Assembly: GCA_049724395.1 (NCBI GenBank)
Contig: JAUGWO010000034.1
Span: forward strand, 62,001-126,000
DNA length: 64,000 nt
Direction: 5' to 3'
Source of the DNA: Spongospora subterranea f. sp. subterranea
Taxonomy: Eukaryota
In this document: piece after piece, positions 12,542 through 26,074 of the stretch
How the letters are laid out: each line of letters starts with the position of its first letter
Numbering within the stretch: position 1 is the stretch's first letter
The notes under the pieces: model-generated
Seen by the model: the letters and a program-made list of their open reading frames with translations, nothing else
What the model was told of the DNA's origin: nothing
The model's database searches: none
Made by a program: the position numbers and the translations under genes

Positions 12542-13665
12542 CCGGCCCATACGAATCTATGTAAATCTATAAATTCAAACAATTACAGTACGCTATCTGT
12601 TGTAAAAAATTATCCATAACTGAAATGAAGCACTACATTATTTTTAAGCCACGTACAGTAGAACAGTGAATTTTATGTTTGTCAATGCAATTTGATTTGC
12701 ATCAGCTTTTACAGAAAATGGTCTCGAATCACCGTGCGGTCCAGTGGTTAAAGAAATAGAATTGGACCAAACGACTTGCATAAGCTGCTCAGATTTGGAC
12801 GAACGAACCAGTACGCATCATCATGTATATACTTAATGATGCCGCTTCTTGCGCTCGATGGACGAGCAAGATATTATGGAAAGTCTGAGTGAGCAGTGAG
12901 GAGGACAACGCTGTTAGCCGAGGGGGTTTTCGCCTTGGAAAACGACCCAATCTTGACAGAACTTCTGAGTGTCAGAATATATGAATCCCCAGGTTATCAC
13001 AAAGATCGTTTTCGGCGTCGAAAATGGTTATGTCAACGGCTACTCAAAGAAGTACCAGAATGCACACAATTTCTAAAACAGCGAAAGGGTGCTTTGAGGA
13101 ACTAGGACCGCGTCCAAAGCAACAATCCTGGTGGTCGTGAAAAGACTGGTCAGATGAAAAATGCATGCTGCTTACTGAGTGCCTGTTTCACCTCGCTTAG
13201 CAAAGATCAGCCACGAGAGAGAATATGGCTTGAGTGGCCGATAACTTCGATAAAAGAAGCTCGGATTCTTGTATTTAACATTTCCTCAAAATCGTTTAAA
13301 CTATTCAGACAAACGTCAGTTTGCAATCAACCTAACTCGACATTTGAACATCGTTATCAAAGAAATACAATCACTTCGGCATAATTCTTTCGATCTTTGC
13401 CGCGCGAGAGGAGTTCTGAAACAGCCAGTTTTTTTCACGACCACCAGGTTTAATTGCTTTTGCCGGTTTCCATCGATTCCGCGAAATATTGGTTTGATAT
13501 TTTCGAATTTAAAGCACTTGATCAATTACTACGGCGAAACCCAATGGTGGGCTAGCAGCCTGGCACTCGACTTCGACTCCTCTGGCTTATCGCAAGCAGC
13601 CGCCTCCCTGTTTTGAGACCCTGATCCCGAAAAAACGACCGATGTGGCCCTACGATTTACCATTT

Positions 13666-13838
13666 GCGGAAAAACACTTTTTCTTTCAGACAAAATACAG
13701 CGGAAAACACTTTCAGACAAAATACAGCGAACCCCACTTTCAAGCAGAATACATTGGAACCCACCTTCAGACAAAATAAAGCGGAAAACCACTTTCAGAC
13801 ATATACAGCGAAAAAAACACTTTCAGACAAAATACAGT
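13666..13838. repeat. ~27-bp minisatellite, ~6 degenerate copies
   Basis: gcggaaaacactttcagacaaaataca and variants in tandem. Confidence 0.9.
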
Positions 13839-13943
13839 AGTCAATCTAAGTGAATCGTCATCAGGCACGGTATAGCCGCAAGGACTCTACGATCTCATCC
13901 GCTCTTCCATGTGTCAGAGAGGTACTGTGAAGTTTTCATGTAC

Positions 13944-14175
13944 CTTCAAAGCCATTGGCTCGTGTTGTCCGTTTTCAACAGAAAATAAAGGATACCGCAA
14001 ACGTCAGTATTTTCTACAGCGACAGTAGAAAATAATTATCCAATGGACGATCGATAAGCTTGACGGCGTAAAATTTGGTTCTTGTAACAGCAGCATCAAA
14101 CACCGCCGATTTTGTAACTCTGTATTTGCCATATCCTTTTTGGATACGGATAAACACGAGCCAATGGCTTTGAAG
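13944..14175. mobile_element. MITE-like element or foldback hairpin (~232 bp)
   Basis: cttcaaagccattggctcgtgtt at 13944 is the exact reverse complement of aacacgagccaatggctttgaag ending at 14175; imperfect pairing extends inward; TA lies one base outside each end. Confidence 0.6.
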
Positions 14176-15021
14176 CTATCTCGTCTGACAGATGGGAGGG
14201 TGGTTGCATCTACCTCGTAAGGACTGGTGCTGCTGACGATTCAATGGCGAACAGACATAACTCTGAGGTAAGAATTTGATGGAGGCTTCAGCCATATGAA
14301 ATGGGTTCATGCCCCGTACATCGACAACAAAACTCAGTAAACGCTGCACCGAAAACGATTTCAACCGTGAAATGAGGCTCCTCCACATCGTGCTTTGAAA
14401 ATTCCCCTGCAGTCTTGTTGGGGAAAATCGAAAGTTTTGACGTCTTCAGGGTGCTGCAAAGACCTAGATAATTGAAAAGACAAAACGTTAATAAGGCAAG
14501 AGTCCAGATCTGATAAAATCCGATGAAGCCGACATCTCTTTGACCCTGAAGATGGCGTACCGGCGAAAGTCCGAAAATCATACAGTGGATGTCACCTCTT
14601 CTAAAAAAATCGTCTTCGGTGCCGCGGTGGAGGTTGTGACGGCCACTGGTCTCGTTTTGGGATAGCCTTCTGCGTGGAAATGCTCTAATCTCCCTTCGTT
14701 CCAATCATCAAATTAATCAGAACAACATATTGTCAGCAACTTCCAATAGATTGTTTCTGTGTACTCGAACACATTTCTTCTCTACATGGTCTTTTAACCC
14801 TTCCCCGACAATGACAGGGCTCCGCCACTGGGGCCGAGGCTGCGCCATAGCGAGTTGATAAATAAACGCCGTATCGGACTTGGTCAGTTGTGGTCTAACT
14901 TCGATTGATTACTATTATCGGTAATTGGTGGATCGAGCAGTAAACCTTGGTTGATAACCCTAGAAGTTGGTCCTGCTTCGCGCTCATTACTTTGGTTGTT
15001 GTCCCAGCAGTGCAGTCCATC

Positions 15022-17685
15022 ATGGTACGGCCAACCGAAAAGTTTTTTTAAATTCGTAATAGGGCTAAGGAAAAGCTGATTTTTTTGTGCTGCAGATTCA
15101 TCCTGATCGCTTACGAATGATGGGGCGTCCTGATCAGCCCAAGGTTCCTTCGGCTATGTCACACGTTGATACCTCTAATTCACACTCGCCTTCCCCAGCT
15201 CCGATACAGCAATTGCAATCGTTCGAGCCACACGTTCAGGTAACTTTCAAGTTGTTTGGTTCGTTTTTTACGCAAAAAACACTCTTACATATTTAATGTG
15301 GTATCAAAAATCAAGCAATCACGCACCTTGTTATTTTATCTGATGTTCTTCATTCATGATATTGACGTACATGATTCAAACTCTTCCCTAATCGATATGC
15401 TTAGGGGGTGCCAACTTCATACGGATACCAGGCTCCTGCATATGCTGCTCCATACGTTGCACCATACGCCAATCCTATAATCCCTCCCACAACAGCGTCA
15501 CCTTATGTCCAGGCGCCATATGTGAATCAGCCTCAATTTCCGCCACCGATTTTTCAACAACCGCAACAGTTTTTTCCCAAACCCGCTCAGGCTGCTGCCG
15601 CAGCACCGTGGGCAGCGCCAGCTGCTGCTGATCAGGAGGGTCGCAGCACTGCAGTTTCTTCTGCTGAAAGGAAGGTTCCCAAGGTAAACTGTTTCACGGT
15701 TATCTTCTTTCATGTGTTTCTCACTCAAAATAGACCATCGGAGATTGGACAATGTATGAATCCCCAGAAGGCAAACCTTATTATTTCAATAATAAGACCC
15801 AGGTTAATGCAATTATTTGTTTTGCCATACTTTATTTTTATATTTGTTTGCTCAGATGACAACATGGGATTCTCCTTCTGAGTTTCTGGCGGCAGCAGTT
15901 TCTCCAGCAGCGCCGGTCGTCGATGAGTGGGCTACGTTTTACACTCCCGAAGGCAAACCTTATTATTATAATTCGCGGTCGGGTCAGACGGTATGGGAAA
16001 AACCTGTCCAAGCTAGACCAGCGCAAACTCCGTTGGAACAGCCACAATCTGCTGAAATTGTTGAAGAACCCGAACAGAAAACATCTGACGAGTCACCACC
16101 TGCAGAGAACGTTGAAATTGACCCTCTTCTTGCTGTGCCTTACAAACCCTTTGCCTCTAAAGATTATGCAACAAGAGAAGAAGCAGTCGCTGCGTTTTGC
16201 GCTTTGTTAACTTCATCTGGTGTATCTTCGACTTCATCGTGGGAATTAGCCTTACCAAAAATCGTTCATGATAAACGCTATCGTGCGTTACCTACCCTTT
16301 CTGAACGCAAAGATGCATTCAAGCAATGGTGTATCGATTATGCCGAAGTTGAGCGTTCGGAAATCAAGCGGCAGGCCCAAGAGAAGCGCGCTAAATTCTT
16401 AGAATTGCTCTCTGAGCATAAGGCAATGATTCATCCCCGAGTCCGCTATGTTGAAATTGAACCGTTGATTCGACTTGATCCTCGGTAAGTCATATCTTCT
16501 ATTTTTACGCTCGCCTTTAATTTAGTCGATAGTCATTCTGCCGTGGATACTCGGGACAGGGAGGACTTATTCTATTCCTTTGTCGACGGAGTACTAGAAC
16601 AGGAAAGGAAGGCCAAAATTGCAATGCGCCAGGAACACGAGGCTGCGTTTCTGAAATTCCTTACATCGTCGTCCAACATCACTGTTAAGACACAATGGCG
16701 GACATTACTAGATAGCATTCGTGATGAGCCGGTTTACAAAAGTCTTGATCCAGCAGATGCCCTCAAAGTCTTCGAATCATTGTTGTCCGATCTGAAACGG
16801 GAAGATGATAAACGCCTGTTGGCCGAAAAAGAAGCCGCTCGGGAAGCTGAAAAGCAAAGGCGCGCTGATTATCGCGCTCTATTGTTGGAAAACATGAACC
16901 AGGGCACACTTCATCTTCGGACTCGCTGGCGTACTTTTTGCGAGACGATACGCGATGATCCTCGTTTCATTGCTTTGTCAGAAGATGCCAAGTTTAATGG
17001 TCAAACGCTTTTTGATGATTTTTGCGATGAGCTTGAAGACCGTGTGCTGCCCAGCCGAAAGAAACTCAAGGAGGCGATGGTGGCGAGTAACATTGATGTC
17101 ATCAGAGATATGGATACCGTTGAAGGATTGGTCTCCCAGCTGGGAAATGCCGAGGCGCTGCAAGGCGTCCCTGATATTCATGTTTGTGTTTTATTATCCG
17201 AATATATTGACCATGCTCAGAGCAAAGCTGCTCATGCATCCAAGCGTTTGGAGAAGTACACAGGATTGTTTGTCAAACTGCTAACCAAGAAAGTTCGGAA
17301 ACCGCTTCCATGGGAATCAGTTATTCCGCTGCTGGAAAGTCATTCTGCGTATAAGAAGCTTGATGAGAACGTGCGTTTGGATATTTTCAAGAAACATCTC
17401 GAAATGCTTTCCGCCCCCGGACATGAAAATTCTGCTGATGGCGTTGAAACCGATGACACCGATGGCGAAATCGAAGAAGAACCTCCCAAGAAGCGCGTTT
17501 CCCGTCGCAGTTCCTCATTTGATTCAAGATCGCGACGAAAACGGTCTCGGTCGCAGCCACGTCGTAGAAGGGCGTCTCGTTCGCCGTTGCGCAAATCCAG
17601 CCCATCTCGACGAGTTAAACGATCTCGATCGATATCCGTCAGCCGCAGACGCCGCGATCGGTCTCCTGCCAGACGGCGCCGTTAA
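15022..17685 (+). CDS. PRP40: Pre-mRNA processing factor PRP40 (WW, FF domains, RS-rich tail); multi-exon
   Basis: WW domains ('WATFYTPEGKPYYYNSRSGQTVWEKP'), FF repeats ('GVSSTSSWE...DKRYRAL..LSERKDAF'), RS C-terminus. Confidence 0.93.
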
Positions 17686-18575
17686 TATTTCCATGATGCT
17701 ATGGAATCCATCGTCTAAGCTATAATCCTTTACTGATTTCGTCGTAGTATAAAAAAATGTCATTTCGTAAAGAGCTTATCGCTGTGGAATGTTAATTTGC
17801 TTTTCTGATCAGTTTTGATGAACGCGCTGCCATAGCTACTGCACAGTTTCCTAGATTTATCACAGAGCATGTTCAATATAACCATGGTCCCTTTCGTTCC
17901 AATTTGTTAAGCCAATATTAGAACAATCTGTCGCAATTAAACGAGAGCTCCGATATGCCTACAACGTCAAATTCGCTCAATTCCGATAGCCCACCACACC
18001 CGATCAACGAGCCGATTTCGGAGAAAGTTTATACCGCAAGGGAGTATCTAGCCAGACATGATTCAGTGATATTTAAACGGCATCTATATAATACACGGCG
18101 GAAGACTTCATGTTGACAACTAAACTGCCTGGTCGGCCGTCCTCAAAATCAAGGATTTCGTTGCCCCGGCATCGGACATAACTCCTGAAAATATGACGGC
18201 GATACAGACAGCCTCTGGAAAATATTCACAAAGTTTTTGCTTCGATGGAATGACATGCAGTGGATCATCGAAATAAGGTTTATCGAAATAGACTCGACGA
18301 TAACTATATAGTTTTGATCATTCAGCGCCTTGTAGCTCCGATTGGTCGCCATTTTAGCATGCCCGCGACAAAGAACTGCGAGCGGCTGAGAATATTGACA
18401 GATCTTCGCCTTCAACCTGTGGACATTGCACGACCGTTTTGCTGATTGACCGGATGTGATCGGTTCTATCAGCGGAGCCGCCTAATAAAGTGCGCATTGG
18501 CTACGGTAGTGTACGGTACATATGGGTTTGACTGGCTCGCACAAGTGGCGGGATATTGTCAATATCATTACCAGG

Positions 18576-21260
18576 ATGCGGGTCAAGCTGTTGAATGGGG
18601 AAGCGTTCACCCTAGATATCGACGTCACCGATACCACGTCTGTGGACGAATTGAAGCAGAAAATCGAGGAGTCGGCGGTTGACGCCCCCATCGCCAGACA
18701 GCGCGTGATATTCAGGGGCAAAGTCTTGAAAGAGGGTCATTTACTCACAGAATACGGTTAATCTATGAACATCTGTGGTTGAGTTAGGCGTTTATATGTG
18801 ATTTTAGGCATTGCTTCCGATTCAGTGGTTCATCTGGTTATACGTCCAGAAAACGCTCCCAACCCTTCTTCGAATGATGCCCCGCCTCAAACAGAACTAG
18901 CTCAAGCTCCCAGTGTAGGAGCGTCTGGTGGAGTATTCATGTAAATGGCTTTCATGGTCAGCTACACTATGTTAATTGTCTATAGGTCGGCTGTTAACAT
19001 TGGCGATGGGGAAGCACTGCCAGATTTCAACGACATCGTTAACCGAATGCTAACATCGATACCCGGCGCAATGGGCGGTGTTCCGGCCAGTATTGAAATG
19101 AGATCGATTGTTGGACAACCTAATCCTTTAACCATGCTTCCGGTGCAATTCTCTGTTGACACCGTTCGTCAACAGTTCAACCAGACGGCACAAACTCTAT
19201 CTGTTCCATCAGGAGTGTCAGATCTGCAATTATCAAATAATGTTGCTTCTGTTGGTCAGACCACTGCTCAGGCTCAGGCCGTGCTGCATCGGGTTTTAGA
19301 GCTTTTGTCTCAAGCGCAACCAGTTTTGGAACGACCTTCTCAAGCGAACGCCTCTGAAGCTCGACACTCTGCCGAGGAAATTTGTGGATTACTTGCGCAG
19401 GCGTTGTCGCCTTTATCAACTGCATTACAACACCTTGGCCATATTTTATCAATAGTCAGGCTTGGGAGTGCTCCGGGTGAGGAAGCGCTTGCGATGCCCT
19501 CCGCTGGAGTCGCGGTCGCCATTCACGCGGTTCCTGAAGATTCTCAGGAAATTGCTTACCAATCGATGATGCCTTCTGCACCGGCTGCTTCCTCTCAGCG
19601 ACAAAATCAACATACCCAGTCTTCGGCTGAATCAGTTCCTGCATCCAATGCCAATGCCAACCCGATAATGGTCGATTTTAGCGCATTGAACGCGATCACC
19701 CCAACGATTCGTGCAATCGCCTCACATGTGTCCAATTCAACTCGTCCTGCGGTCGCGCCTGCATCTTCATCACGATTTCCTCAGTCCAATGAAGCGCCCC
19801 CTGCTGTTCAACCAAATGGAATTCAGTCGATGCTGCAGTCTGTTGCCAGTATGCTATCACAAGCCCGAGTTCAACCTTCAGCGCCCATAATTTCTCCTGG
19901 ATCAGCATCATCATCAGCCGCAGCAGCAGCCGTACCCACGGCTCATCGTCCGGGAGTGCAATCTCAGGCTTCTTCAAATCCTGGCATTCAACAACCGTCT
20001 AATCCATCGACTTCAGGGAATCCAGTGGATTTTTTCTCAACAATGCTGCCCGTAGTATCCAATATTTTGAGGGCTCCTTCCGGAACGGACAGTCTTGCCG
20101 ATATTGCATCCAATATGATGCCGAGATCGGAACCGACAGAAGAAGAAATGGGTCCTTTTGATGCGATACTTTCCAGGGTAATGTCGTCTTTGTCAATGCC
20201 CGACCTTTTTGCCATGTTTTCTGGAAACTGGTCTTGTCTCGAGCCATTGCATTGCGAACTTCGCGATGCATTAATCGAACACGGCCTTCAGGGCGATGAT
20301 ACTCCTCAATCTCGTCGCCAACTCACCGACGAGCTAACCGCTTACGTCTCTGGTCAGCTGTCCAGTACGGAAGCAGTGGCTCCGGTCCGCTCGCATCTAA
20401 ACTCTAGTGCCGATCTCACTGAAGCCTCTTTCGATTGCCTCCACGACCACATCCAGCGATTAATTAATCTGATTTTGAACGAGCCTCTACCTGCCACCCA
20501 AGAATGCCCTCATCCGTTTTCATCTATGCTGAAGACATTGTTGACGCTAGCTACGGGCCACTGGATTGACATGTCCTCAGGAATGTTCGATGATGGAATC
20601 ACTTCAATTGTGACATTGCTTCGAACCATGATTGCTGCGAAGCTTCAGTCTCTTAGCCCTGATATGGCAATGTTGGCCACCATGGCAAGTGGTGCCATTG
20701 CTAACATACTCATTCGTTGCCATGGCGTATACCTAGAGGATCGAGCGCTCAGAACGGATTTGTCTGGTGAGGAGCAATGGATGTCGGAGCTGCCCAGGCC
20801 CATCGCCCTTGAATGGAGGGCAATTATCGACCAAGACATGGAGACACAATCCGTCATGCGGGCTCAACCGGCACACAGCGATTCGTACTCAGAGGGACAT
20901 GATGCCAAGCGCCGTAAAGTTCAACAGGCCAGACAAGCTGAGCGCTCTAAACCCTTGAATCTTCGAGCTACTGTTACTCGGCAACTATCCAGGGCAACGT
21001 CTGCAATTGACCCAGAAAGGCGCGCGGACACCGTTGATCGATACGTTCAATCGGTGATTGATGACCATCCCGACCTATTGACGGCATACAGGAGCCAGGT
21101 TATTCAGTCGATTCAGGAACGGGCGTTAAACGACCCGGATTTTGATCCGGCTCGTTTTCCCGCCACACAGTCGCTCATTGTCGCCGAGGCGGGCGATGGC
21201 ACCCGCCTGTGTCGTGAAGAAACCTCATCATCACCGAGTTCGCACAGTCAATCAGAATAA
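18576..21260 (+). CDS. BAG6: BAG6/BAT3-like protein (N-terminal ubiquitin-like domain)
   Basis: UBL 'RQRVIFRGKVLKE'; C-terminal 'WRAIIDQD...Q..HSDSY..G..AKRRK' and 'DPDFDPARFP' BAG6-type motifs. Confidence 0.85.
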
Positions 21261-21363
21261 ACAGAGATTGATTTTGATCAAAAAGTCCATTTGAAACATT
21301 TATTAATGTAGGTTATCATCGGGCGCGTGTCACTAATCTATGGATCGATGTCATTCTGGCGCC

Positions 21364-21912
21364 ATGCCGTCGAAAATAATGTCAATCCTGCAGCCGGTTC
21401 CGGTATATCCTTTGATGAGCAAACGACAGCTGCGAGAACTTCGTAAAGTGTTCGACTTATTCGACAGAAATCCGGTGATACTGGTCTGCTTGGTCATTGT
21501 TCGATCAGCTAATGGTCGCGTATCAGAATGGGTGGATTACCATTCACGAGCTGTGCCACGCATTGAAGCGCTTAGGAATGGACGGCCGTCTCGAGAAAGC
21601 CAGACAAATGTTCGCCTTCGCCATCCATCGCGATAACTTGGTCGGATTGCACAACAAACGCATCAGTTTCCAAGAATGGGTCGAGGCCACACATTGCTCT
21701 TTTGATAACATGAGGCAAGCGTTGAACACGGTCAGCGTTGATCCGCCCAGGTAGATTATATCCATTAGCAAAAAGAAGGAACTGACACCGTGAATTTCAG
21801 GGCGCCGATAGAAAGATTTCAAGAATCGGGAACTGCCGTTGATCCAGGAGGATTGATTGGCGGTCTGTTCAAAGTCAAAAAGAAGCAAGGGGCATGGAAT
21901 CTGGCATCATGA
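21364..21912 (+). CDS. EF-hand (calmodulin/centrin-like) protein; spliced
   Basis: A 52-nt intron joins 'ELRKVFDLFDRNP' to 'NGWITIHEL' to form an EF loop; second degenerate hand 'ISFQEW'. Confidence 0.7.
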
Positions 21913-21968
21913 AATCCTGTTGATTATAATGGCAAAATTAAACATATACAGTTATGTATTCGCAACTC

Positions 21969-22871
21969 CTATTTATGGTTAAAAGTATTGTAAGTAATGA
22001 GCATGAGTAAAGGTAAGACTCCCTTCCTATTGAGATGGAACCGATCCCCAACATTGGAGAATACGGTCGAGGTGTTCACGGCCTGACGCAACACCGGTGA
22101 CACGACGTGCTCGACGGCCAGGAATGTGCCTCCGCTGGCCAGACCTGCAATCAGACCGGCTTTGGCGTTGAACGCCATCCTCTGACGTCCCTCCTCATCG
22201 TTTGCCATCAACTCATACAATCCGACCTGTACAGCGGACGCGGCTGCGATCGCCATTGACCATCTGGCCATGAGGCATGCTGTCCCTTCATAGGATTGAT
22301 CAGAACCCCTATCCCGCCACAGTTTGGGATTTTCCTACCGGTTGCCATGGCGTACTCAATGGGTGGTGCTCGAACGCCGTTTCGGTCGTCGAACCTGAAC
22401 CCGTATTTGATGGCGCTATACCAGGCGAAATACACTCCTGCAATGAATAAAGTATCGAGTCACAAAAAAGGTGTCGATTGAAGGCTGCATTCGCGAACCG
22501 ATTGGGATGATCATAGGTCCAAATCGCTGACTTGAATCACGCCCCAGATCCCTCATCATTTCTGACCATGGGATATGTGATCGTTTCCCGTTGCCACTAG
22601 CGCCACGAATGACACTCTGTCGGGCGATTCCGGCGGCGCTGGAGCTGGCTAGATTCATCAAGGCGGTGGGCGATAGGAGGGTCATCAACGCGGCACTGGG
22701 CGTGAGAACGGCGACGACATCGCTGGCCAGACGTCGTTTAGGAATTCCTGGACCTGGTTGGCCATAGATTGACCTAATCTGCTGACGAATATGGTGAATT
22801 GTCGATCGTGATTCGGTTGAATTGGATCGAGTAGAAGATGACAATATTCGGCTAGTCAAACAGAGCTCCAT
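21969..22871 (-). CDS. Hypothetical spliced membrane protein (weak resemblance to mitochondrial-carrier helices)
   Basis: Three ORFs joined by ~50-nt GT-AG introns give 'PIGVYFAWYSAIK' and 'AGLIAGLASGG'; start codon uncertain. Confidence 0.45.
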
Positions 22872-23635
22872 TCCGGATTTGATGACTTGAAATCAGGTCA
22901 AATCTCGTTTTGGATTAATCGGATCTAGCTCGACTGAGGTTTCTCAGAACACACTTTAGTTTTTTTAGATGGAGAGATCAAACTTGTTGATCTGAACCGT
23001 TTATGGTGAACCCGCTTTTGCTTTCCCGCTGGATATATTTTCTTCGCTATGATAATCTAATTTGAGAAGATCGACAAATACGTGACTCAAAAGAATATTT
23101 CAGTTTCTGATTTTATTGAATCCGATAGTTTAGTCAGTTCGTTAGCTGTTAGTCTGTGTGCAACGGGGTAAACGTTGACGTATCAACCGTTCGGGACGGC
23201 ACTCAAATGCACGACCGATGCCAGGCACCGTCAATGCTTTCAATGAGGGCACTGGTCTCTTTTGCCGAATCGTTTGACGTTTTGGTAACTGTTGCTGGGA
23301 CTCACTTTAAGCTGAAAAATAGTGTTTCTCTCACCGATGATGTAGTTTTTGGATATGATTAGGTAAATAGGTTTCTCGCGATAATCACTACTGTATCTCT
23401 GACGATCAGATTGAATGAATGTAGACAGCATAGTATATTTCTTTGATCCAGATCTCTGATAACTTGTTGCAAAATTAAACATCGTGTGATTTTATAGAGT
23501 TACGGGAGGTTATGAGGAGTTATGTGCAGAGTCAATGAGATTCTGTCAATGATCTGGTTTAGGTGAGTTGATCTGATGATGACCGGAGGCCGATAACACC
23601 AACGAGCAAAGGCAATTTGATCCTGTGCTGTGTGA

Positions 23636-24905
23636 TCATCTAATGGGGCATCCAGGACAGTTATGCAATGAATCGTGAATATATTGATCGCAGTCCCAGC
23701 AATACACCTTCTGACATTGATCGCATCGCAGAACGATCGACTCAGCTGGAGAAATCATTGATAAACAGGCGCTGCATGGGACCGGGCTCGTATAAAGATC
23801 AGTGATATCTTCGTATGGCGCTAAAGGGAACAGATGGTGATATGATCGGGCTAGATGCGGCGATGAGACCAAAGTTAGATTACAAACACTGCATTGGGTC
23901 GGCAGCTCACAGCATTTCGATTTGCATCGTGGGCACTGGTATCCCTCATACGAGAAGCGAGAATGGCATTGGCACAGCGTTGGATAGTCGTTAGAGCATT
24001 TGAGAGGGAACCCCATGTAGACCCAGCGGCGACGACGAGATGTGCTATGAGGAACAACAGGGGGCGTGATGTGTTGCGATAACAATGAGGGCAACGATGA
24101 TGATCCAGGGCTGACCGAGTAGGAACCTAGGGTAATCGTCGCTAGACGTCGGCAGACGAACACTTCGGCAGATAGGGAGATGACCGAGCAGCGGATGGAA
24201 TCAGCGCGCATCGAATTGATTGTCTGGAAAACGTCCCCGGGATCGCACGTGTTCAGACTGGACATCACGATTAACACTTCACGATGGCCATAATCGGGAA
24301 CAGCTCGAAGACTTGATCGTGCCATCTCAAGGGAATTCTGCAATGAGAATTCCCCATCGGCGTGTAGATCAGCCTGTGATTCCAGAATCCGTATCTGGTT
24401 CTGAGGGTTTCCTGATAGGTCGGTGAGCATATGCGCCTTCTTTCCATGCGATGTTATAAGGCCCAAATGCGATATCGGATTCTGATCGAAATAATCGCGA
24501 ATCAATTGACATACGTGTTCTATGACAACGAGTTTTCTGGATGGGCGATAGTCATTGATATTCATAGCTGATGATAGATCGATTATAATGAACATGAATC
24601 GAATCATCCCTTTCTCTACTAAACGATTGCGATTATCAACTTGTTTGTCATGGGTTTTTCGGCGTAAATCACGCTGAGTAGCGTGCTTTGCAAGCTGTAT
24701 ATGACCTTCATCATCTTCTTGAATATCATCCCATGATCTCTGTATGGGAATTCAGTAAAGAGGCCATATGTTACAGTGTAATGAGGGCACAAACTAGTAA
24801 AGGCGCTTCCCATGAATGCTGCACAAGATCGGTGTCGTCAGATGCCCTTGGCCCATCAGCCTCGTCCTCAAAAGACCTGACCCAGTCCTCTGGATCCTCT
24901 ACCAT
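23636..24905 (-). CDS. GTF2H2: TFIIH subunit p44 (SSL1/GTF2H2)
   Basis: vWA 'GMIRFMFIIIDLSSAM...RPSR', 'DQNPISHLG', 'SSPHLARSYHHLFPL', C-terminal zinc finger 'HDSLHNCPGC'; 5' exon MVEDPEDW. Confidence 0.95.
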
Positions 24906-24967
24906 GAGCAGAGAATGACGCCAGGATGCCAGGCCAGCAGTCGAATGCCATGACCCAATCAAGCTCA

Positions 24968-25979
24968 GAGTGTGTACACCTCATGGTACAATATGAATCA
25001 GAGTGGCGTCACGTCGGCATGGGGGAGCATGGGGGGGGTCGGCCTTCCCGGTCGGGTGTATACACCTCATGGTACAATATGGATCAGAATGGCGGCACCC
25101 CGGCATAGGGGGAGCATGGGGGGGTAGGCCTTCCCGGTCGGGTGTGTACACCTCATGGTAATATGGATCAGGGTGGCGGCACGTCGGCATAGGGGGGGAG
25201 CATGGGGGTTCGGCCTTCCCGGTCGGGTGTGTACACCTCATGGTACAATATGGATTAGAGTGGCGGCACCCCGGCATAGGGGGGAGCATGGGGGTTCGGC
25301 CTTCCCGGTCGGGTGTGTACACCTCATGGTACAATATGGATTAGAGTGGCGGCACCCCGGCATAGGGGGAGCATGGGGGGGTAGGCCTTCCCGGTCTGGT
25401 GTGTACACCTCATGGTACAATATGGATCAGGGTGGCGGCACGTCGGCATAGGGGGGAGCATGGGGGTTCGGCCTTCCCGGTCGGGTGTGTACACCTCATG
25501 GTAACCAATATGGATTAGAGTGGCGGCACCCCGGCATAGGGGGAGCATGGGGGGGTAGGCCTTCCCGGTCTGGAGTGTACACCTCATGGTACAATATGGA
25601 TCAGGGTGGCGGCACGTCGGCATAGGGGGAGCATGGGGGTTCGGCCTTCCCGGTCGGGTGTGTACACCTCATGGTACAATATGGATTAGAGTGGCGGCAC
25701 CCCGGCATAGGGGGGAGCATGGGGGGGTAGGCCTTCCCGGTCTGGTGTGTACACCTCATGGTACAATATGGATCAGGGTGGCGGCACGTCGGCATAGGGG
25801 GGGAGCATGGGGGTTCGGCCTTCCCGGTCGGGTGTGTACACCTCATGGTACAATATGGATCAGCGTGGCGGCACGTCGGCATGGCGGAGCCAGGCCACCC
25901 ATGTGAGTCAGAGTGGCGGCACGCCGGCATGGAGCGGAGCCAGGCCTCCCCGGTCGAGTGTGTACACCTCACGGTACAA
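24968..25979. repeat. G-rich tandem array, ~86-bp unit, ~11-12 copies
   Basis: Core gtacacctcatggtacaatatgga recurs at 24974, 25060, 25146, 25231, 25317, 25403, 25489, 25577, 25662, 25749, 25836 and (degenerate) 25962. Confidence 0.97.
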
Positions 25980-26074
25980 GCCATCTCAGCCAAGCTAAAC
26001 CAGCCAATCTCAACATCTCGCTCAGACTGCCAACTGTCCACGCAATAGCAAACGTTAGGAACTGCTTGCTGCTC

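Noticed and set aside
24968..25979. CRISPR array or Cys/His-rich repeat protein
   Set aside because: Units are contiguous with no unique spacers and no cas genes; the modal 86-bp period and variable G-runs break every reading frame
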